Origin: Lingula anatina
Taxonomy: Eukaryota; Animalia; Brachiopoda
Direction of reading: 5' to 3'
DNA: 64,000 nucleotides
Assembly (NCBI GenBank): GCA_051362555.1
Contig: CM120646.1
Coordinates: 14,322,001-14,386,000, forward strand
Shown: one piece after another, positions 1 through 15,355 of the stretch
Position numbering within the stretch: the first letter of the stretch is position 1
Layout of the letters: each line of letters starts with the position of its first letter
The notes under the pieces: model-generated
The model's input: the letters and a program-made list of their open reading frames with translations, nothing else
What the model was told of the DNA's origin: nothing
The model's database searches: none
Translations under genes and position numbers: made by a program

Positions 1-3000
1 GTGGCACTCAAGAGACTAAAACCATTTGCTGTTTTCCCGTTAATTGAAAAATGCGTTGGTATTGCGTGATCAATTAAGTAAGCTTTCTTGGCACCAGTTA
101 CAATGTAACTGGAAACCAGTGACTATGATTTTAATGAACCACTATAGCTTTGGCAGGGAGAGAACAGCGACACGCCTTTTTCATTTCCCTCCAATCGATT
201 TTTTTTCGTAAACAACCAAACATCACCGCCTAAGGATACCATTTTCAATTAGACTGTAACAAAGGAAGGCATTCTTGTAACTCGCAATAAATTCTTTAAT
301 AAATTCCGTTAAAAAATCACACTGTCGATCGTCTCGCTTATTTTTTTTCGCTAGGACACTCTTTCTATCCCAGAGGGTCGAACTTCACTGTATCAACAAA
401 AGTGACTTTTGACAAAGATGACCTTTGACCTGACGGATTTATAGGCCATCATTTCGGACTTACCTGAGTGACTGGTAGTAAGTATGGACCTAATGTGGGG
501 TGTCAGCTAGCTTATCACTCATCAGACCGTGTACGGGGCAGCAATCTACAGCATATACTTAAAGCCTCAATCTGAACATATCTACATCTTCAAATAATTA
601 TACACAAGTACATACTATATATTTTATATACTTCTTTACCATATCGGTTTGATCCCTGAATCTAAGAAACATTATGTTGGATTCATGTTGTACCGCCTAG
701 TGGACAGCGACAATCTCGAGAGTAAGCACACAACTTAATCCAATACAATCACCTACGTCTTGTTTTATTTACTTTAACGTCAGTTTGAACACTTAACGTT
801 GAGAACAAGAGTGTAAATCATGAGGAAAGGTGACTAAAACGCCTCCTTTTACACTAAAACCTGAGGAGGTTGCGCCTTTGGTATTCCAATGCGTCACAAA
901 CACACGAGTACAATTTCACCTTGCTATAGATTGATTCCTATAAGAAGTCCATTGATTCAGGTTTCTTCACTATTTGTAGAAATAAAGTGAAAAATAAATA
1001 AAGTTGTAGAAATAAAGTTTGTTTTTTCCTTCGCTGATAACCCACAGCTGGATTGCACAACTATTAACGTGTTCATTATCGCATTTCTTTTATTCTCTCG
1101 ATTATTTTTTACTAATTAATCTAACTTTCTCTCGTTGAGTCACGTTCGTTTGAATTCCTGAATGAATTATGTGCGCCAGGTTAGTTTTTTTTAAACAAAC
1201 TTTTGCTTTCGTGAATAAATGGACGAAAAAAAAAGTAGAAAACTACATTAAAGAGGGTCGTTTGTAGACGGACAAAAGCTTACCTTTTCGCTCGGGAGTA
1301 CTTGAAAAGTTGACTTGACGACAATTCAATCAGACATTGACTTCTTAACTGTGTCTCGGTCACTTGCTTTTCACTTCACAGCCTCAACGTTCTAGTGGCT
1401 GAAAAATCCAAGAATGGTAGTATCGTCAGGAATAACTAGTCACCTCTTCTTGTACAAGATGCCGCTTAGGTATGTTCTTTGCGCCTAAGTTTAAAAAGTC
1501 GCTATATAACTTCCCGCATGCCATGCCCTGTCAGACAAACGTTGCATTATGTGTACCCACCGCATCGCTGAAATGGATGGCATCAGATATCCACGCTTGG
1601 GGCACGGCGACTGCAGATGGCGCCACTAGCGAGCTCCGGCCCACTCAAATGATCCTGATCTAATCCCAAGCGATTTTTCATTTTATTTTTTTGAGAATTT
1701 TCTCGAGGGATATTAGGTGTTTTGATGCGGCGACTAAGTCCAAATGTGTTTGCCAGGTGCAACTTCAAACAAACGCAAGAAGATAAATATTAGCATGGTG
1801 CTTATGGCCAAAGTTAAACACGTTATGGGTCATTCTCACATCAACTGACCGTGTTTGTTTATGGCTGTTTGACCGTTATTTCCATGTTTAGCATTCACGG
1901 GCCAAGTAAGCTCGCCCGCCAGCGCAGGTGTACTTCAACAGTACGTAATTATTGATATCCCAGCTACATAACAACATTTAACCCCCCACCCCTCCCCTTT
2001 TTTGCCTATTTCATCTTTTTGGTGAAAATACACATGCATGTTGTACAGGTTCCAATTCATTGTAGGTCTTTCTGTCATCTCCTCTCTCCTCCAAATAAAA
2101 ACAACATAAAACAAAATAAGCTGTTTGTCAAATCTGCCTGGAGTTAAGATTGAAGTAGATAAGAAAGAGCTTTATGCTACGGTATGTATTTTCGTGGCAC
2201 TTAAGCATTCACTGAAATCCTGCATAAACCCAGACGGCTTATCGGTTGTAATATGTTTAAACATTGGCAGGATCTTAACTGAGATCCGGGCGGAATTTTT
2301 CTCGCCTCAAAATTTACTTTGCAATAAAAATTGACGACGTGCTTGAGTTTTGGACAGTTTCCATACCGCGTAGGTAAATTATACGTCCACATATTATTAT
2401 ATGTTAATAATTAAATGTGGCTAGACATGCAAAATATTGTATTGGACATATAAACTTTCTTTATTGATATTGGTTTCTTCAATTATTCCATTCTTTGCAA
2501 TAAGATATAACATGTTGGATTAAACTGCACACGGTGCACAATTGCTGAAGTATAATAATGTTGATGTAGTTGAGATTCCTGCCAAAGGCCTTTGAAACAT
2601 CATTCCTTTACGCTTTCTTTCTTTCTTTTTTTTCCTTTGATAAGCATTGCATGAATATCTACCTAATCTTTAATTTGATATAGCAACAGAATATGAAAGA
2701 CTTACAAAAACGCAAATAAGCAATTTGGGACAAGCCGAATTGCCCAAACATTCTTAATTTATCTTCTTATTATCTGACGTCTACCATTTTTATCTTGTCA
2801 AGGTGAGAATCTTTGCATGGTATTTCATCATTATCACAGGATATCACGGCATCCTGCCTAATTCAAGAGATCACGGATTCTCGTGGAACAATATTTGACT
2901 TCCCTAACATACATTCCAATTTGCCATGCTGCATTTTACAGTCTGATGGAAGTGTAACTGGCACATGTAAGAAGACTATCACCTCCACTTATCCAGTCCA

Positions 3001-3345
3001 CAGTTTTATTCACACAGTGCATTAACTAAGACCATTTGCAGTCTTCAGTTCTACATATCAAGTCAGTCTGGTCCATAGAAGGAGCGGCGTTCTTTGTAAA
3101 GCATCTCAATTTCAGTTTTATTCATTTTTCATGTTATGTTCATTATGATGCCCGATATTTACCCCAGCTAAATAACAGCTACTCATTGCAGGCTGTCTCA
3201 GTTACACTTTTCATTATTCTCGTGTTTTGTTGGTTCATTGTGTCGTCGAGTGTTTACACGTTTAGCCACGTTTTAGCTCGATTTTCTTTCTGAGTCATTT
3301 TGAGTTCAGTTACCACTCATTTCGCTTTGATTGCTCTGCAGCGAG

Positions 3346-3347
<2 letters not shown>

Positions 3348-3392
<45 letters not shown>
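3348..3392. repeat. (AAT)n microsatellite
   Basis: Direct reading. Similar (AAT)n tracts occur at ~8166-8213, ~49552-49590 and ~55596-55656. Confidence 0.9.
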
Positions 3393-3394
<2 letters not shown>

Positions 3395-5548
3395 AGGTGT
3401 AAACCTATGCTAAAAATAATTTCTCCCCGTAACCATCATAAGTGCTATATATTAAGCTGGGTAAGAAGCCCACATTTTTGCATGTCAGGACATTTCTGGC
3501 TCCAGTTTCATTAAAGAGCTTAAAAGCCCCAAAAATGGTTTAAACATTCATACGAACATTTGAGTCTAATTTCATCCAAGATAAATCAGTAATAGTCCAC
3601 TGAAATAAAACACTACGTCTTTTTTATATCAAGAAACGCATAGAATATGCTTTCAGGCCAATGCTTGGTTTTAAATGGTTAACTGTGGATATATTATGAA
3701 ATAAAGTAGACCTCAGCTCTTGGTCTAAAAGTTAAGACCAATTTTTGGACTAAAGCACTTTTATGATTTGAGCTAAAGCTTTACACAGTGTATCTGTTCT
3801 GTTGATCAATGAGCGTAGTGAGTGGGAGGGTTAAACGGTGGTCAGGTCACAAGAAGTGGTGTCGTTACCGCGGGTGGTGGAAGAGGGAGGAGGGCACAGG
3901 TTACACAGGTACGTGTATAACTTTTTACCAATCAAAATGAATGGGAAATGGATATCATGAATTGCAAAAAAAAAAAAATAATAATAATAATAATAAAAAA
4001 AGGATGTTCAGATAGTATATTATATAGTGGAAATAGTATAATTAAAACCACTTGTATGTCGGGTTCTCGAACTAAATGCTATGAAGTCTTGTTTCCTCGG
4101 CTCTGAGGAAACGTGCGTTTACTAATTACGAGATTTGCTTTTGGGTAGGTACGTCATTGGCGTCTACAATACTCCCCGCCCCCTTAAGGAAATTTAAACA
4201 CAATCCATTAAAGAAGAGATAAAATAAGCAAATAAACAGATGAACAATTTTACCTTCCGTGTAAAGATAAATGTCAAATGTACCCTGTGCAAAACTTTCT
4301 GTTCATCAGTACAAATTTGTAAAAAAATTTCTTAAAATATGAAAAACCTTTCTATATAAAATAAATAAATAAATAAATAAATAAATAAATGAATGAATAA
4401 ATAAATAAATAATACCACTACCGGAGAAACACATTACAAAATCAACAAGCAACTCTTTCCTTTTTGGCAAGTCTATAAATCATGTAAAGAGCCTAAAATA
4501 CCAGGAAATCGGTATCAAAAAGACAGTCCTACACGTAGATCCATAGATACCCCAACCCTTCTCAGTTGTATCACATGCCTGCGTACATTCATTTGTACAG
4601 GAAACAGAAGTGAAGATGAAAGATACAGGGATAAGAACAGTAACCTTAAAATAGGGCAACATTAAGCGGAGATCTACAGCGGTCTTCCCTTTGAGACTTA
4701 CAAGCTCCACAACATGTGCCTACACACGAAAACGATACCGGATGCCTCCATTTAGGAATCCTTTGCTTACAATTAGCTCCCTGTATTGGTGCTATGAAGG
4801 TTAGGGACGCACGTTTCAAGGATTATGAATTTCATGCGTTAAAATCAATGAAGGATGCGGAAACGGGTTGAGTAAGGAACAACTCTACATTATAACTGAA
4901 GTTAACATGACGCCCTACCACCCATGCAGTGGATGCTAAGCGGCAGTCTTCATTTTTTTCCTGTAAAAATTCTTCGTTTTATAAAATAAGTTATACATTT
5001 ATCTGAAAGATGGAAAAGAGGGGTATCCACGGTGAAAATAAAATTATGTCCCGGACCGTAGGCATAAGTCATAGCTGCCTATATCTTTGCTCAAAGAACG
5101 ATATAATTCATTAAATGGCGCGCTTACAGTAAGATAAACCGTACTAAATAACCGAAAATTGACCGCCGTCTGGTGAAAGATTGACTTGCCTGGTGATTAA
5201 CAGAGAGATCACAAACCTACAGGAGCAAAACAAAATCTACCAAAGTGACCACATGGCTACACACAGGTGCAAAATACATTGACCACCACCATGGACATTT
5301 CCATCTTCGAGTACGATGTCGGTTTCTTTGATAAGTCCGCCGATACCGACACCTTTCTAGTCGTGTAACAATCCCGAACACAAAATGTCCGTGGAAATAA
5401 CATGCTTGCCTCCTGAAGAACTGAGGGTGGTCCTGCTTTTCAGAGCAGAGAATTTACACCGGTTTCGGAAATGATTTTACCTTCCTTCGACAAGATATCT
5501 GCGCGGGCGGTCTAAATTGCTGATGATGCCGCTCCCCATTTTTTCCTA

Positions 5549-5580
<32 letters not shown>

Positions 5581-7244
5581 GCATCATCATCCACATGTAA
5601 CTGTGCTGCTACTTTCGACTCCAGGGTTTTGCTTAAGTTGGAAAATGGAAAGGTTTACGGAAGAGAGGGAGAGGAGTAATTTGCCTCGTAAAGAGCCTAA
5701 AATACCAGGAAATCGGTACCAAAAAGACAGTCCACATGTAACTGTGTATATATAACACATATATATATATATGTGCTGTGGAACCATGCCCTATGCCTAT
5801 GCACTCAGGAAAAAATAAAGAGATTCATGTATATCCGCCTATGCCCCTCTTGATTTTCAAATTGTCGAGCGTCGGTCACTCTACCACGTCCAAAAATATT
5901 TTGTCATCATTAGTTATCATGAAACAACACAATTAAGTAAGCGAGTTGGTTAAAGAGGATGGTTTCCAATAGACCCTCAAATATAGGTCCTATAAGGGTG
6001 CGCTCTCTTGGGTTTCAGAAAAAACGCTGACCTTTAAACATTTCTGTGGTACATCTATCATCTCAATGTTTTTGAACAGAGTGAGAATTCTTGCAGCGAA
6101 ATAATCCATTAAAATAGAATTGATTTTAATCAAGTTTGCGGTACTTTCCTTTGGTGAAAACTGCCAATCTCACCCTTTCTATTAATCAAAAACAACAAAA
6201 GAACGAGACACTTCCCCGATCAATCTGCCTTTCAGTCCTAACGAATTTCTCTTTTCGACATTGGTGGGATTATCCGACTTTCGGTGTGTTACTACAATCA
6301 TCTTTCAATCTAATGAAGTCTAATGGTTAGAACATGACACTGAGTGATAAAATGCTAATGAACCATAGCTCATTACAACTTCACACAAGTAATTCGGTTC
6401 TTTTGGTTTAGAAACAGAACAAAACGACATGGAGAAAACGACTCATACACATTTTTTTCTTCAAAAATTTTATATATGGAAATGTAACTTAATTTTTTCG
6501 ATGTATCTGACAGACATTTAATATAGCAAGCAAAATATTTGAAATTAACATTAATCACATTTGTTTCTCTAATGCTAATTACGCCTGATACCTCTTGCTT
6601 TTTTCTTTTTCTTTCTTTCTTTTCTTTTCTTTTTTTTTGAAAGAACTGTGAACGATAATTACTTTGCGATCTGAACCAACATGAGATCATTCAAAGTCGT
6701 TGACATAATACAGTTTTAGCGTTTCTATTGGAAATGATAGCCTCTGTTCATCAGGCGTTGATTCTGTGTATTGATTCCACTGCGCCTGACGTAAGAAGAG
6801 AGGACGCAGACAAAATATTTTCGATATTATCACTAATATTTTCGTCTAGTAGCCAGCTCGTTTGCGTCATATCTGAGCTTTCATAACTCATACATCACGC
6901 TCACAGATTCTTATCAAGCCATCTCTTCCTATCCTTCATTTTATGGACAAACCACCGCCAAATGCTCAATAAAGACAGTTATTACTTGAACATCTAAGTA
7001 TTCAAAAACTATAATTGTTGCACGTCAATAACGCAACGGCAGGTAAAAGATAATTCAACCAAGATGCTTACTGCACTATAAATCAATTTCGATCGATCCA
7101 ATTTTCCGTTGAATACTCACGGTAACATATTTCTCATCATTACTGCAGCAACTTTGTTGACTGATCGCTTATCTCTGTAGCCTTGTTTATCCTTCAGTGA
7201 TTTACTGATAAACCAGTCAAAATAAATATTTACCAGACCCATAC

Positions 7245-8164
7245 TCACACCTTAACTTTTGTAGTATATGGCCGTACGTTTTTCTCCCATTCTAATCTAA
7301 ACCCAATAAAAGATGACAACAGCCCTCCCCCGGCTCCAAAACCCTTACTGATAAACTCAAGCGAAGAAAGCGGTATCAAAATATCAAGAATGTCTTTCGC
7401 CGCTTCCAAACGAGCGGTATGGAAATCTTTGCGTAAAGTCCCCGTCGACTCGCGGTTTTCTTCGCCGTGCCTTTGGATTTTTTTCGCACGGATCATCAGC
7501 AGTTGTAATTTTCGCACGTCACGGGCGACCAGGAATATTTGACCAACGAGCCAAAACCACGAAGCTCTTCTAGACCATTTTTTCATGTCAACCTAATAGT
7601 AGAAAATAAGTGTAAGCACAAAATTATCTTAATATTTAGTATAAAATGGACAGTTAATTACACCTACACTGCTTTCCACTCACAACACTGCAAAAGTGGC
7701 ATGCTACAATAATGATGATGGTGGGGATTAAAGTTGAATAAAAGTTAAGTAAATAAATCTTATGAGATCTACAGACAACAAAATTATAAACAATGAAAAA
7801 ACAGACATCATACGTTTCCGACTATTAGCAGTAGCTTTAGATTACTTCCCATCATCAATATCCATAAGACAAGATGTAATGAAATCAATATTAAAATCAC
7901 GTAACCATAAAATAGATTCAAAATTCAGTCACCTGCACTAAGTTGACTTTCCCCAACCACAATAAGTGATCGATGAGAAGCCAGAGAGCTTTGCCAAGCA
8001 TCCCACCCAGTATCGTCACCACTAACGCATTGTCTGTGACTTTGGATGCATCCACAGCCTTTTGCAAAAATTCTAGTGATGTTGCAAGTCTAAATACTAG
8101 AATAAAAAAGGAAAGCATATAACAAGCATTTTGCGTTTTGAGGTGGATTTTTTATATAACTAGC

Positions 8165-8221
<57 letters not shown>

Positions 8222-8969
8222 AATAAATAAAGAACAACAAATATGTATGTCTTGTGAAATTGGGAACTTTGCTTCTGTTATGCAGTGATTACCTGTACAA
8301 GCTGGGCAATGTAGTTCACCTTGTATCAAAGAAAATAATCACAAGATTTATTTTTAATAAATGAACAATTGAATTTCTAAAGGGAGAAGTCACAGTATTA
8401 TCATTAATTCAGTACTCATTAGAGTATAAGGAAACTTACACTTTCTGGATGTGGTCATAGCAGCCTCTAGTTTTTGAAACCATTCCTGTAGATCCCCTGC
8501 AGTCTTTCCCTGCCTTGCCATATACCATAGAACCAGTCTAGATGCATATTGGCAAATTCTATAAAGTGAACCAGAAAGTTTATCATTATTAATAATTATG
8601 TTCAATTTGAAATATATACATGTAAGTATGTAAGGGTGATCATAATGACAAGTACCTTTTCACATTTCATTTCATTCTTTCAAATCTTTCTATGAATCTT
8701 TGTTTCTTTCTTTCCTTTCTTTTTTCTTTCTTTTTTTTCTTCAATGGTTTATTCATTCATTTATTTGGGGGTGATATAGGGAATGATGTAAATATTTTTT
8801 TCCTCCAAATATTTATGAAGATAATTAACATCTGTGAAACGTGTAGTACGTACAGTACTGTATTAGTAGATGTCCCAAGGGCACAGGTAGTAACACGCTC
8901 GGTCAGCAGTTGACAGAGCTCCAACATACCAGTGCAGATAAAATTATTACATAATTATGCCACAAACCT

Positions 8970-9041
<72 letters not shown>

Positions 9042-9763
9042 TGCAAAAAAAAAAAAACAAAAACAAATGGTTTATACATTTTGCAGTGAGCAAAGAGATC
9101 AAAGTCTGTCCTATGTTTTGTGTAGATACCTTTGCACAGGTATATGTTGAACAAACCATCTTACTCTTCTTTGATGATAACTATGGGACCGTAGCAATAC
9201 TAATAGTCCGAATGTTCAATAGTCCAAAGGTTCATTGGTCCGAATGCTCACTACAGAACCTTCGGACCAATGAACCCTTGATTAAAACCCCGATAAAAAT
9301 GTTACCAATTTTGGGACCAATGAACCTTTGGACTATCGAGACGCCCCCGATAACTTCAATATTACTAGTGACTGTAATTTCAAGACATGGATGTTATAAC
9401 TAAACGTTTTAATCTGCTTTTCAGTGATCATGATGTTATGTCACACCCACGTTTCTTAGAGCCTTTGTCTATGACAAACGTGCATCGGTTCAAAAAATAA
9501 GGACACCTGCTCTTATCTGTACATTACTCCATCAGGCATTATTATAGTAACTCACGGCCGGTAACTCACTAACTGACTTCCTGAACACCGCAGTGCAGCC
9601 GGCAAGCTGATTTTATAAACACAAACTACTGTGATCAAAATGACAATGGTGTCGAGATTAAAACACAATCACCAAAAGCATTTCACCTGTATATTTTGTC
9701 TCTGGAAGAAGTATAACTGTTGAATTTGATTATATCACGGACGATGCTCCCGTGTGTTGACAT
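7245..9763 (-). CDS. PEX11: Peroxisomal membrane protein PEX11 (PEX11A/B-like), 4 coding exons, ~235 aa
   Basis: Exons on the minus strand: 9763-9687, 8558-8440, 8096-7933, 7592-7245. All introns are GT-AG and phases match (708 nt). Translation MSTHGSIVRDIIKFNSYTSSRDKIYR-ICQYASRL...AAMTTSRKLFRLA...LIDHLLWLGK...DILIPL...GGGLLSSFIG carries the PEX11 hallmarks RDKxxRxxQY, SRKLFRL, DHxxW and the C-terminal GxxSS helix. Confidence 0.9.
8970..9040. repeat. Compound (CT)n(CA)n microsatellite
   Basis: Direct reading. It explains the spurious THTH/CVCV ORFs in the track. Confidence 0.9.
9185..9348. mobile_element. Small foldback-type MITE in PEX11 intron 1
   Basis: The left arm has repeated AATAGTCC(G/A)AA / GGTTCATTGGTCCGAA units. 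The right arm has their reverse complements (TTCGGACCAATGAACC, GGACCAATGAACCTTTGGACTAT). GGG...CCCCC termini are flanked by GATAACT on both sides (9176-9182, 9349-9355), a TSD-like duplication. Confidence 0.6.
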
Positions 9764-10802
9764 ATCGGCCTAACTCTTCTGCGTTTGGAGATTTGGTTTT
9801 ATATTCAAGACAAGCAAAGGCAGTTTTGTTATAATATAATAAGCAACCACTCCAGCCATAACCCCCAATCCCATCCCTGGGTGTCTTTAGTATATTTCAA
9901 CAAAATTAACTGCCCAAAGTACTGAGTAATGCTACTATACATTAAATTCTATTTGATGCTCATTTTAAGAGATAAATAATCAAAAACAACTTGTTCTGCT
10001 GTTTTCACTTTGATGGAAGTCACACTTCACATCACTTTGAAAACAATTTTTTTAATCATTATGTTTTTTATTAGTAAGTCATATTTGAACAATTATATAA
10101 CCGAAAATGTTCACAATACATCTTTACAGTTGTTTGGATAATTTGCTTTATTGGAGAATCCCTCATCTAATTTTGCATTTACAAATAAAATTCTGATAGG
10201 ATGAGTCTTATATATCACAAACAAAACACATTTTTAATCTATTTTAAAAAGCCTGCTCTGTAATACAACTGTACCCTAGGTCCCAGATTTCGGCATTGCC
10301 AGCTTAATCTTGATTTCTTACATAAACCACATCAGAATAAAGCTTACCCATGGAAAGAAAGAAGGTACAGTGAACAAGTAAACTCTACAGTGCCCCATCA
10401 CACAGGGTTAACAACTGTTGAGCAGAAGTACATTATTCAACTTTTCTTTAATTGCTAAACCTGCCACCCCCCCCCCCCTTTAATTGTCTTGTTACTACAT
10501 GAATGCACTTGTAGTTTAAAATGTTCAACATGCATCTTTTTATTAGTTTCATATTCCTACTGTAACAATATTGTTTACAGAAAAGCAAGAGTATTGTCAC
10601 TCACTTTTGCTCTACATCTGCTTTTTACATTCAAAATGAGTTCTTGGAAAATCATAGTCCAAGATCTCCTCAACTTCTGCTACATACATATATATTTATA
10701 TTCTTTGTATAAAGGACTCCGAGTTAGGTCTTCCTCTATGTCCTCCATCTTCCTCTGTGTCTCCTTTATAGAAAAGTTCAAAGATCTCTCATTCCCTTTT
10801 CA

Positions 10803-12020
10803 TCAGCTTCTAGCTTTTATAAGTAAGTTTTTAGAAAACCACAAGGGTCTCTCCTTTTTAACTTCTACTACATATTTCCCTTCATACATAGGTCTCTGGT
10901 CTTCCTCCCCATCATAAATGAGCGCTATTTCTCCTCTAGGAGCCTTATAGTTCCACTCCTCGGGCATGGCATCACGAATTGCTGCAGTCTCTTTCTTGAC
11001 TCTTTCATAGCAATTGCCTGTAAAAAAATTGAATAATCATTTAGAAAGTCAATAACAATAATAATCTGTTTCAATGGCATTTTCTACATTTTGCACAACA
11101 TATATTATTCTCACCAATTATAGGTTACTTTTTGTGGCAACTTATGTACGTTTTATTTATATTTAAATATTTAATCATGGTAACCGCATTCTGTTTTTCC
11201 TCAGTAAAATAATAATTAAAAAATCATCTAATACAATAACATCTACTTACTCTTTCAATGTGTGCTAAGTATACAAACATGCCTCCTTTTGCTTTCAACA
11301 GACTCATATAATCACCAGGTATTCTGTATTCTACTCAACCTAAGGAGGTGGTGTGTTAATCTGTTAATCTGTTAATCTGACTGCATTTATCGAGAGTTAA
11401 TCTATACAGAATGCTAGTTTCATTGGGAATGTGGTCAATAGTCTTGGTGTAAGACTTACCACAAATAGTGCTTCTTTCATGCCAGTGACCACAGGTGAGG
11501 CATGGCACAATATGCTTTTTAGGCAGGGCATTTTCATAGTGTTTGGGTATTTGCATTCTTCTTGTCATCCTACGCTCAATGGACCTCCTCTTTTTGGGAA
11601 CTGCTGCCCAACAAAGACCATCCCAGTCAAGACCTGAGGACCCATCATTCCTTTCTTGTGTTGGTTGGTAACTTTCCATGCCTGCCAAGGTAAGGGCAGG
11701 TGGTGGCCCTACATTGAACATTACAAAAGATGATATCTGCATTAATAAGAGCACTCCCACTTTTTAAAAACACCTAAAAATTGTAACGATAAATGAAAAT
11801 AAAAGAGCACATGACATGTATCAAATTTAGGGATAATTTTTATGCACTAGCTTATTAATTTTCATTAAAACGTTATCAAGTAATCAATGAGCATATAGGT
11901 TACGGCTACTTTGAAACAATTAATTAACATGCAAAAATGGACATATTTCTCTTCTCAACACTTTTCTGGGAATAAAATGTGCCTTTTTACAGACTAAAGA
12001 TTACACTTTCACAGATTACC

Positions 12021-12063
<43 letters not shown>

Positions 12064-12242
12064 ATTCCACGCTAGCTCACAGAGCCGCTCTCGTCGTTAA
12101 AACATACAGTGTTGTGAATGCATCACTTGCTTAGGTAATGAAAATAATTACCTCGCCAAAGTACTGTCTGGACTGTTCTTATGAGCTGAGTTTCAAACCT
12201 TTGCAGTGCAGCATGACACTTCAGCAGCATGGCTGTCGCCAT
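10803..12242 (-). CDS. MRPL32: 39S mitochondrial ribosomal protein L32 (bL32m), 3 coding exons, ~184 aa
   Basis: Exons 12242-12152, 11708-11460, 11017-10803, phases consistent (555 nt). It has a presequence-like N-terminus, the WAAVPKKRRSIERRMTRR mature-start motif, zinc-ribbon cysteines CLTCGH...ICGNCYERV and a C-terminal KKERPLWF. Confidence 0.92.
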
Positions 12243-12560
12243 TTTGCAAGTGTTGAAAAGAATTCATATTGCATAAGAAACGGAATTTCATTGGACTGGT
12301 TTTTATATAGGTCACAAATGGATTTTGGGTTTATTAATGGCCTATTCATCTTTAAATCGGTTTAGATATCAATTCCAATACTTAATATCCAAGAAAATAG
12401 TGAAAGGTGATACATAAAATACCATATTTTGATCAAACTACGAAATTTGCATCAAATAAATGTTTGACCTAATTTTGAAGTAACAAATCAAAAGCTGCGA
12501 TTTATTGGGTATGAGAAGCCTCGTTCTCATAAAAACACAGAGCAACAAGAAGCCGGCAGC
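12243..12560. promoter_or_regulatory. Bidirectional promoter region shared by MRPL32 and PSMA2
   Basis: The divergent ATGs at 12242 (-) and 12561 (+) are separated by 318 bp. CCAAT-like boxes occur on both strands (ATTGG ~12290, CCAAT ~12375, ATTGG ~12505). GCCATTTT (YY1-like) overlaps the MRPL32 start. Confidence 0.7.

Positions 12561-15355
<2,795 letters not shown>

Noticed and set aside
3428-3775. Possible MITE (ATCATAAGTGCT versus AGCACTTTTATGAT)
   Set aside because: The inverted match is short and gapped, and I found no convincing TSD.
8903-9403. ORFs of 72-148 aa with THTH/CVCV runs
   Set aside because: They are translations of (CT)n(CA)n microsatellite and MITE sequence inside PEX11 intron 1.
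10489-10917. 142-aa plus-strand ORF
   Set aside because: It is antisense to MRPL32 exon 3 and its 3'UTR, starts at TTG and has no recognisable motif.
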